Positions 1-5,903 of a DNA stretch of 6,670 nucleotides are shown here, piece by piece. This stretch comes from Candidatus Odinarchaeota archaeon (lineage in GTDB: Archaea; Asgardarchaeota; Odinarchaeia; Odinarchaeales; Odinarchaeaceae). Made by a program: the position numbers and the translations under genes. The notes under the pieces are model-generated. The model saw only the letters and a program-made list of their open reading frames with translations. It did no database searches and was not told where the DNA came from. Within the stretch, counting starts at the first letter, position 1; every line of letters begins with the position of its first letter. Location of the stretch: assembly GCA_038826135.1 (NCBI GenBank), contig JAWBON010000064.1, positions 1 through 6,670 of the forward strand, given 5' to 3'.

Positions 1-119
1 AACTCGTAGGCTTTATTCGGTTCAACTAATATTTCAAAACTGTCGCCGCCTTTCTCATATCTAGCTATTACAAGGTTACCGAATTCAACCCATTTATCAC
101 CGCGCATTTCAGGTGACAT
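1..119 (-). CDS. SBDS: Ribosome maturation factor SBDS/Sdo1, 5' fragment (runs off the left edge; not in the ORF track)
   Basis: Manual translation from ATG at 119: MSPEMRGDKWVEFGNLVIARYEKGGDSFEILVEPNKAYE. The VIARY..G..FEILV.P motif is the SBDS N-terminus. SD GGTGA at 128-124. Directly downstream of psmA, as in the archaeal superoperon. Confidence 0.92.
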   Translation of the reverse strand, partial: MSPEMRGDKWVEFGNLVIARYEKGGDSFEILVEPNKAYE

Positions 120-141
120 AAACTCACCAAACCATTCTTAG

Positions 142-855
142 TTAAAGAGTTTCTATATATGATTTAACCTCTTTAACCTCCAAAATCCTGAATAAGCGGT
201 CATCCTTCCTTACAACCGCTATTTCAAGTTTATTAGGACTGAATTCTGTTTCAATAACCTGTTTTAACGCTTTTAAAGCTAGTTTAATAGAATCGTCTAA
301 GGTTAAATCCTCCTTGTATTCTTTTTCAAGTATGTCTTTCACAGGCTGCGCGCCGGATCCTATAGCCTGAGCCTTATAACCCCAGTATGCTCCGCTAGGA
401 TCTGTCATAAATAATTTAGGTCCATCACTATCCGCGCCAGCTATTAGCAGGCTTACTCCAAAAGGTCTTACGCCAGCATGCTGTGTATACAATTGTTTCA
501 AGTCACATATTTTTTTTGTCAGTGTCTCTATAGAGATTATTTCATCGTATGTTAAACGGTTTATCTGCGCTTCTATGCGCGCCTGATTTATAAGAATCCT
601 CGCGTCAGCTGTCAACCCAGCTATTGCAGCACCCACATGTTGATCTATTAAAAATATTTTTTCAACACTTTCAGGATCTTGAAGATTCATGACTCTTTTT
701 TCAACAGCGAGAACAACACCCTCGGAGGTTTTAACACCTATAGCTGTGGTGCCTCTTCGAACAGCTTCTATAGCATATTCAACCTGGAAAAGTCTACCAT
801 CCGGGCTGAAAATAGTGATCGCTCTATCATATCCCATACCTGGTTGCGCGAACAT
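142..855 (-). CDS. psmA: 20S proteasome alpha subunit
   Basis: N-terminal signature GYDRAITIFSPDGRLFQVEYA, plus GTTAIG, AGLTADAR, RPFGVSLLIAG and TDPSGAY. SD GGGGTG at 866-861. Confidence 0.98.
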   Translation of the reverse strand: MFAQPGMGYDRAITIFSPDGRLFQVEYAIEAVRRGTTAIGVKTSEGVVLAVEKRVMNLQDPESVEKIFLIDQHVGAAIAGLTADARILINQARIEAQINRLTYDEIISIETLTKKICDLKQLYTQHAGVRPFGVSLLIAGADSDGPKLFMTDPSGAYWGYKAQAIGSGAQPVKDILEKEYKEDLTLDDSIKLALKALKQVIETEFSPNKLEIAVVRKDDRLFRILEVKEVKSYIETL

Positions 856-897
856 GATAACACCCCAATCATATCACTGAGCTACTAGAATACTCTA

Positions 898-905
898 ATA
901 TTAAA
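898..905 (-). promoter_or_regulatory. Putative TATA box for psmA-SBDS
   Basis: TTTAATAT (905-898) predicts a start site near 875, leaving a leader of about 20 nt that contains the SD. The region is AT-rich, so alternatives exist. Confidence 0.35.
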
Positions 906-1190
906 GTATCTTGAGCATCTCAATTAAGATTTAACTGTATTCTTAATAAATATTTTTTCAAACAGATATTATGCGATTACCATAACGATGTTGAAATCAA
1001 TATATATAATTTATCTTTAATAAGCTGTCTTTACTTAAATCCGCATTTTTGAATTTAATATACAAGAGAGCGGTTTACAAAATCTGTGGAGAAACGTATA
1101 TTTCTCTCAACCTATGTATAGAATTATTATACTCTCGTAATGTATTAAGGGTTGAAATCTACCCGGCGGGTATGAGAAGTCTTACTAAAC

Positions 1191-1262
1191 TTAAGATGAT
1201 GTTAGAGGGTGGGCTAGGTTATTATAGGTAGAGGTCCAATCGTCGCAGGTTCATCATCTTAA
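1191..1262. repeat. Perfect 11-bp inverted repeat TTAAGATGATG / CATCATCTTAA, 50-nt spacer
   Basis: Read directly: 1191-1201 and 1252-1262. Function unknown. Confidence 0.9.
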
Positions 1263-1295
1263 TCAGACTGGGGTTGGCGAATTTCATCCCTCTAC
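1228..1295 (-). ncRNA. Candidate box C/D 2'-O-methylation guide sRNA (68 nt)
   Basis: Minus strand: C-like GGGAUGA (1290-1284), 17-nt guide, perfect D' CUGA (1266-1263), UUAAG, perfect C' AUGAUGA (1257-1251), 12-nt guide, degenerate D UGGA (1238-1235). Closed by a 7-bp terminal stem GUAGAGG/CCUCUAC. Box order, spacing and size fit archaeal C/D sRNAs; the C and D boxes are non-consensus. Confidence 0.55.
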
Positions 1296-1330
1296 AGGTT
1301 ATATTTCTATTTTAAAAGCTAAAAACTTTT

Positions 1331-1663
1331 CTAAGCGTTTAAATATTTTCTTTTAGCTGCATTTATAGTTCCAGACACACCTAGGGTGTAAATTGTGAGA
1401 GGGAGACCGTTGAACTCGGTTATAGATGTTAATGTGGCTCTAATCAGTTGAACAGAGTTATGTCTGCATTCTATTAGACCTTTTTTAGAAGCTTGATTAT
1501 ATGATTGGATCCAGAAGTGGGTTTTACTCGCTCCAACTTCTCCGAATAATCGGATAAGTTGATTGGAGAGGGTTTTCAATAAGTCTTTTTCTCCCAGTTC
1601 CCTATCGTATAATACCTGGAACCCCAGGTATCGTTTACGTATTTTTACCCCTATTTTACCCAC
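1331..1663 (-). CDS. rnp2: Ribonuclease P protein component 2 (Pop5/Rpp14 family)
   Basis: KIRKRYLGF, RLFGEVG, GLIECRH and TLGVSGTINAA match Pop5 motifs (RxRY, LFG, GxSGT). The ORF-track start at 1762 overlaps rnp3 by 107 nt; the likely start is GTG at 1663 or 1666, giving about 110 aa. Confidence 0.9.
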   Translation of the reverse strand: MGKIGVKIRKRYLGFQVLYDRELGEKDLLKTLSNQLIRLFGEVGASKTHFWIQSYNQASKKGLIECRHNSVQLIRATLTSITEFNGLPLTIYTLGVSGTINAAKRKYLNA

Positions 1664-2312
1664 CACCTTTCTCAACAGTAGCATACTCTCTAAATATTTC
1701 CCCTGGGAGAGTGGATAAAGCGTTTTTAGCATCCTTCTCTTCAATGCTGAAAATATTTGCAAACGCGATTACGTCGCGTGGGGGTCTAAGCTGAAAAACT
1801 TTACTGGCTCCTGAGGATATTATTAGACCGGCCTTGTGGTCTAAAATCTCCCTGATTTTATCTGAGAGAACACTGATTTTTTTAACAAGAGGGTAGTCTC
1901 TGTTATAAATCATTTCGCGGAGGGATATTTCGAATAAAATATTATTCTCGCAAACTAGTTTTATTGTTGTTCTCTGCAGTTTTTTAATGTTTTCTAAGTC
2001 TAATGAAAGTATTTTAACTAAGCCGGTGCTGGCGCACCAATTAGCCACTGAACTATTCTGAGTGTACACGGCGATTAGAGTCTTTTTATCACGTGCTGTT
2101 CTAATGGAGTTTTTAAGCTCTCTTATGCTTTGAGCTGTGATATTCTTTCTAAAAATTACTTTACTATTAGGGACCCCTATATTTAACAGTGTACTTGTGG
2201 TTGATAAAGCAGCACCGTTGTAGCCTATATTAAAACAATGTTTTAATAATTCATTTATGTTGTCAGAGGTGTTGTTCTGGTAAACTATGTTCAAATCGTA
2301 AAATTTAACCAA
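1656..2312 (-). CDS. rnp3: Ribonuclease P protein component 3 (Rpp30 family)
   Basis: FYDLN near the N-terminus, IGYNGAAL, FEISL and ISSGASKVFQLRPPRD (Rpp30 SSGA...LRxPxD motif). TTG start with SD GGTGA. Adjacent to rnp2. Confidence 0.9.
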   Translation of the reverse strand: MVKFYDLNIVYQNNTSDNINELLKHCFNIGYNGAALSTTSTLLNIGVPNSKVIFRKNITAQSIRELKNSIRTARDKKTLIAVYTQNSSVANWCASTGLVKILSLDLENIKKLQRTTIKLVCENNILFEISLREMIYNRDYPLVKKISVLSDKIREILDHKAGLIISSGASKVFQLRPPRDVIAFANIFSIEEKDAKNALSTLPGEIFREYATVEKGGG

Positions 2313-2361
2313 GCGACTTCACCTTACTATATTATATTCTCTGCTCGGATGGATTACTTGC

Positions 2362-2817
2362 CTATGTAGTTAAAATGTTTCTGTATTCATTTAAAATCTC
2401 ATCTGAGGAGAGCGGTTTCACCTTGTGTAATTTCACTTTAAGCCTGATCACATCACCTGTCTCGCATTTTAACGCGGTGTACCTCTTATAAGCCATATTC
2501 TTGTTTAAACGCAGATAAAAGTTACCAGTCTCATCTACGTACAATTTTAAATTCTCAGTTAAATCGTTTTTTTCAACAGGTTGTAAAGTGTTGGAAATTA
2601 GAGAGAGGGTTTTACGCACGGCGGCATCACCCTCCACTGTAATGTTGATTTTAATTATAGGATTATGATAATGCCCTTCTAATTTAACCTCGCTTATTTG
2701 AAGAGAAGGGTGGAGTTCAACCGGTATCAGGTTTTTAACAGCATCTATAACTTTATCTTTATCCTCTGTTGCATGACATAAGACTTCGAAATCAGCCGCC
2801 CCGAATGAAACCGGCAT
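2362..2817 (-). CDS. DUF54 / COG1325-type putative RNA-binding protein (superoperon member)
   Basis: CHATEDKDKV, GHYHNPI and FYLRLNK motifs. SD GAGGTG. Position between rpl15e and rnp3 is typical for this family. Confidence 0.85.
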   Translation of the reverse strand: MPVSFGAADFEVLCHATEDKDKVIDAVKNLIPVELHPSLQISEVKLEGHYHNPIIKINITVEGDAAVRKTLSLISNTLQPVEKNDLTENLKLYVDETGNFYLRLNKNMAYKRYTALKCETGDVIRLKVKLHKVKPLSSDEILNEYRNILTT

Positions 2818-2832
2818 CTACTACACCTCTAG

Positions 2833-2865
2833 GCTTAGATTACAATTCTTATCTAAGCTTATATA
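2833..2865 (-). promoter_or_regulatory. Putative internal promoter (TATATAAG, 2865-2858) with an overlapping 8-bp inverted repeat GCTTAGAT-N10-ATCTAAGC
   Basis: A TATA-like octamer lies 48 nt upstream of the DUF54 ATG. Repeat arms at 2833-2840 and 2851-2858 are read directly. Confidence 0.5.
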
Positions 2866-2877
2866 CTATTTTACAGT

Positions 2878-2883
2878 AAAAAA
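2878..2883 (-). terminator. Possible oligo-U terminator after rpl15e
   Basis: T6 run on the minus strand 12 nt after the rpl15e stop. Archaeal intrinsic terminators are oligo-T, but this run is short and the background is AT-rich. Confidence 0.25.
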
Positions 2884-2895
2884 TATGGGGTTGGT

Positions 2896-3450
2896 TTACC
2901 TTACTTTTTCAGCGCCCGTGCCCTTGTTTAACAGACCGCGGGCTCTTTTACCAGCGCTTGTCAACCCCCGGTAAACTCTACTCTTATGCGGTGTCGTTGA
3001 AACCCAGTTTATTTTCTTATCTCTTAAAATAGCGGGGTGGCTTCTATCCACTAATATTACTTCAAACCATTTATGATATCCGTCTTGACCGACCCAGTAT
3101 GAGTTTAAAACCTCCATGTTAGGGTATTTTCTAGCAGCCCTCTCTTCAGCGATCCATTGAAGATTCTTTTTCGGAGTTAATTTTTTAAAACCCATTTTAC
3201 GCGGTTTCCTACCGGCTTTCGGTCTCTCTCTTCTCAAGCTGCCCCTTCTCACTTTAACTCTCACTATTATATATCCTTGTTTAGCACGATAACCTAATGC
3301 TCTAGCCCTGTCGAGTCGAGTAGGGTTTTCAACTCTGAGGACGGAGGGTTCACGCCTCCAGTTTATTAATCTCTCTCTCATCAGCTCTTTAAAAGCAGGT
3401 TCACTGCTGTTCTTCCAGAATTCACTTATATACGTGTAGCTTCCACCCAT
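2896..3450 (-). CDS. rpl15e: 50S ribosomal protein eL15
   Basis: [60 protein letters not shown] and RGLTSAGK. Start moved from 3456 to ATG 3450 because SD GAGGTGA abuts the first ATG and lies 6 nt from the second. Confidence 0.98.
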   Translation of the reverse strand: MGGSYTYISEFWKNSSEPAFKELMRERLINWRREPSVLRVENPTRLDRARALGYRAKQGYIIVRVKVRRGSLRRERPKAGRKPRKMGFKKLTPKKNLQWIAEERAARKYPNMEVLNSYWVGQDGYHKWFEVILVDRSHPAILRDKKINWVSTTPHKSRVYRGLTSAGKRARGLLNKGTGAEKVR

Positions 3451-3469
3451 CTGCATTCACCTCTTAAAC

Positions 3470-3494
3470 GGTTCAGCCTAATAGGCTACATCCC
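3470..3494 (-). promoter_or_regulatory. Candidate structured 5' leader of rpl15e (GGGAUGUAGCCUAUUAGGCUGAACC)
   Basis: Hairpin UAGCCU/AGGCUG with an asymmetric internal loop closed by GG/CC. It begins at the predicted start site and ends 6 nt before the SD. Confidence 0.5.
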
Positions 3495-3514
3495 ATGGGT
3501 TAGATGAAATAAAC

Positions 3515-3522
3515 TTATTAAA
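3515..3522 (-). promoter_or_regulatory. Putative TATA box of the rpl15e operon
   Basis: TTTAATAA (3522-3515) preceded by purine-rich GGAA. Standard spacing puts the start site near 3492-3494, at the GGG of the leader. Confidence 0.55.
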
Positions 3523-3566
3523 TTCCATTGCTAACTTTGATTACCTCTTAATTAATTTTTCGTTTT

Positions 3567-4511
3567 TCAAGGTTTTAATATCGAAATAATTTTTTCCGCG
3601 ATTATCATGCCAGCTTTCCGCTGTGATTCAACGGTTAAAGCTCCTATGTGAGGTGTGCAAACAGTTTTAGGATGTTCAACAAGGCTTTTAGAAATCCCTG
3701 AAACAGGGGGTTCAACCTCGTAAACGTCTAAACCAGCCCCCGCCACTTTACCGCTGTTAAGATTTTGAAGAAGCGCTTCCTCATCTATGATCCCTCCTCT
3801 AGAGGTGTTGATTACGATGACACCGGGCTTCATATATTCGAATTCCTTCTCACCTATAAGCCCTTTTGTTTCAGCCAGAAGAGGGACGTGAACTGTTATA
3901 ATATCCGCGGTTTTCAACATATCAATTAGTTGGTGTTTAGAGGGGCCGTAGGTGTGAAAACCAGCTTCTTTAGCTTTCTCAAGGGAGGCTTCAGCAACAT
4001 CGTAGACGTGAATGTTCATACCTAGGGCTTTACCTCTTAAAGCAACCTGTCTTCCTATATTACCGTATCCTATAATAGCTAGATTTTTACCGTGTAATTC
4101 GAATCCCAAAAGCTTCTTTTTTATCCATTCACCAGCTTTAAGCTTATTGGATGCGAAACAGATCTGCCTTGATATGCTGAGCATTAAAGCAAAAGCTAGC
4201 TCGCACACCGCGATTGAGGGGGCTTCAGGAGCGTTTACAACAGTGATATTCCTACCCTTAGCGGTTTCCAAATCTATGTTATCTAATCCAACACCCGCTC
4301 TAGCGATAATTTTCAAATTCTTACCCGCCTCAATCACAGCTCTATCAACTTTGCTTCTGCTTCTAACGATAAGCCCATCATAACCAGCAATGTTTTTAAC
4401 AAGATCATCCTGTGAATACTCTTTCACGTCAACCTCCAAGCCCTTCGATCTTAAAAGAGCGATAGCTTCTTCATCGATCTCATCGTTTACTAGAATTTTT
4501 AATCCAATCAC
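3567..4511 (-). CDS. D-isomer-specific 2-hydroxyacid dehydrogenase, SerA/PGDH-like short form without an ACT domain
   Basis: RAGVGLDNID, Rossmann GYGNIG, NTSRGG (Arg), DVYEVEP (Glu) and TPHIGA (His). 314 aa, GTG start. The family is certain; the substrate is not. Confidence 0.9.
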   Translation of the reverse strand: MIGLKILVNDEIDEEAIALLRSKGLEVDVKEYSQDDLVKNIAGYDGLIVRSRSKVDRAVIEAGKNLKIIARAGVGLDNIDLETAKGRNITVVNAPEAPSIAVCELAFALMLSISRQICFASNKLKAGEWIKKKLLGFELHGKNLAIIGYGNIGRQVALRGKALGMNIHVYDVAEASLEKAKEAGFHTYGPSKHQLIDMLKTADIITVHVPLLAETKGLIGEKEFEYMKPGVIVINTSRGGIIDEEALLQNLNSGKVAGAGLDVYEVEPPVSGISKSLVEHPKTVCTPHIGALTVESQRKAGMIIAEKIISILKP

Positions 4512-4572
4512 CCCCCAGAGCGGTAATCTGCTTGTTTAATTCTGACACGTATTATGCAATAAATTTTCGTAG

Positions 4573-4580
4573 TTTTTAAA
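4573..4580 (-). promoter_or_regulatory. Putative TATA box for the dehydrogenase (divergent promoter region 4512-4683)
   Basis: TTTAAAAA preceded by purine-rich GAAGGG on the minus strand. Other TTTAAA elements at about 4646-4661 could serve ychF. Confidence 0.3.
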
Positions 4581-4683
4581 CCCTTCTTTTAAGAGAACAT
4601 ACAGTTTAATGTTAAAAATCTTAAATCAATGATAAATTAATATTCTTTTAAAGTTTAAATTATTCAATGACGTGGTGGTTTAA

Positions 4684-5889
4684 TTGCTGATCGGTATTGT
4701 TGGGAAGCCGTCTGCGGGTAAAAGCCAGTTTCTAAACGCGGCTTGTATGACATCTGTTAAAACAGCGGATTATCCTTTCACAACCATTGAGCCTAATCTC
4801 GGCACAGCTTATGTAAGGCGTAAATGCCTGTGTAAAGAGCTTAATGTTAAAGATAATCCACGTAACTCTATATGCATTAATGGAGTCAGGCTTATCCCTG
4901 TAAGTCTACTTGACGTTGCAGGTCTGGTGCCTGACGCGTGGAAGGGGAGGGGGCTGGGTAACAAATTCCTGGATGATCTTAGACGCGCTGACGCGCTTAT
5001 ACATGTTGTAGACGCTTCAGGATCTCTGGATGATGAGGGTAGAGCTGTTGAAGCCGGGTCATGGGATCCTATGAAGGATATAGAATTCCTTGAGAAAGAG
5101 ATAGCTATGTGGATGCTACAAATCATTAAGAGGGATTGGCCTAAACTATCTAGAACAGCTTTAATGTCCAAGAAAAGTTTTTTAGATATATTAAGTGAAA
5201 GACTTGCCGGTCTTAGTATAACTAAAACTCACATTTTAGCAGCCTGCGGTAAGATATCTCTTAACATAGATAAAGCTGACAAGTGGAGTGAGGAAGATAT
5301 CTACAGGTTTGTCAACGAGTTGAGGAGGCTGTCTAAACCTATGATTCTAGCCTTGAATAAAATTGATAAACCAACTGCTAAACAGAATATTGAGAGAATT
5401 AGAAAAATATTTCCGGATTCTATACCCACATGCGCTCTCGCAGAGTATTATCTCAGACAGCTGGCTGAGAAGAATATAATAAGATATATACCAGGTGACC
5501 GCGATTTTAGTGTTTTAAAACCTGAAGCGTTATCTGAAAACGATAAGAAAATCCTGGAAAGAATTAAAACAGATATACTGGAAGTTTACGGAAACACTGG
5601 AGTCCAGCAAATACTGGATAAGATAGTATTTGAAGTATTAGATTTGATAACTGTTTACCCTGTGGAGGATGTTAAAAATTACTGTGATCATAATAATCTT
5701 GTGCTACCGGACGTGTATCTGGTTCCTAAAGGAACAACTGCTAGACAATTAGCATATATGATTCACACAGATTTAGGGGATGGATTCATATACGCGGTCG
5801 ACGGGAGGACTAAGCAGAGAGTGGCGGAAAACTATGAGTTAAAAGACGGGGATCTTATTAAAATAGTGAGCGCTAAGAGCCTTAAATAA
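4684..5889 (+). CDS. ychF: Archaeal YchF/Obg-family translation-associated NTPase with a C-terminal TGS domain
   Basis: G1 GKPSAGKS, G2 YPFTT, G3 DVAGL, G4 NKID, GRGLGNKFLDDLR and TGS-type AYMIHTDLGDGFIYAVD. TTG start with SD GGTGG. Confidence 0.95.
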   Translation: MLIGIVGKPSAGKSQFLNAACMTSVKTADYPFTTIEPNLGTAYVRRKCLCKELNVKDNPRNSICINGVRLIPVSLLDVAGLVPDAWKGRGLGNKFLDDLRRADALIHVVDASGSLDDEGRAVEAGSWDPMKDIEFLEKEIAMWMLQIIKRDWPKLSRTALMSKKSFLDILSERLAGLSITKTHILAACGKISLNIDKADKWSEEDIYRFVNELRRLSKPMILALNKIDKPTAKQNIERIRKIFPDSIPTCALAEYYLRQLAEKNIIRYIPGDRDFSVLKPEALSENDKKILERIKTDILEVYGNTGVQQILDKIVFEVLDLITVYPVEDVKNYCDHNNLVLPDVYLVPKGTTARQLAYMIHTDLGDGFIYAVDGRTKQRVAENYELKDGDLIKIVSAKSLK

Positions 5890-5903
5890 GGTTTTAGCTA
5901 ATT

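Noticed and set aside
679-888. Plus-strand ORFs 679-888 and 689-880
   Set aside because: Antisense shadows of the highly conserved psmA, with no recognisable motifs.
1049-1231. 60-aa plus-strand ORF in the rnp2-psmA gap
   Set aside because: TTG start, no SD, no family motif, and opposite to the operon. It cannot be fully excluded because a TATA-like run lies at about 1000-1008.
1200-1260. Plus-strand tRNA-like fragment (GGTAGAG...GTCGCAGGTTC)
   Set aside because: No acceptor stem, anticodon arm or complete T-loop. It is better explained as the complement of a guide segment.
856-1330. RNase P RNA, SRP RNA or H/ACA RNA in the gap next to the RNase P protein genes
   Set aside because: No P4 motif (GAGGAAAGUCC) and no SRP helix-8 motif. 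The 11-bp stem lacks an upper stem, K-loop and ACA at the right distance.
1664-1762. N-terminal extension of Pop5 in the ORF track
   Set aside because: It overlaps rnp3 in another frame; Pop5 similarity starts near KIRKRY.
2886-2894. 9-mer TGGGGTTGG shared with the sRNA guide (1269-1277)
   Set aside because: Same orientation, so it cannot pair with the guide. Repeated 9-mers are expected by chance in 6.7 kb.
2866-2898. Stop read-through or frameshift extension of eL15
   Set aside because: None of the three frames after the stop gives the conserved PS(L/I)R tail.
4012-4383. 123-aa plus-strand ORF
   Set aside because: Entirely antisense to the dehydrogenase gene.
4809-5171. 120-aa minus-strand ORF
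   Set aside because: Entirely antisense to ychF; Ser/Leu-rich shadow composition.
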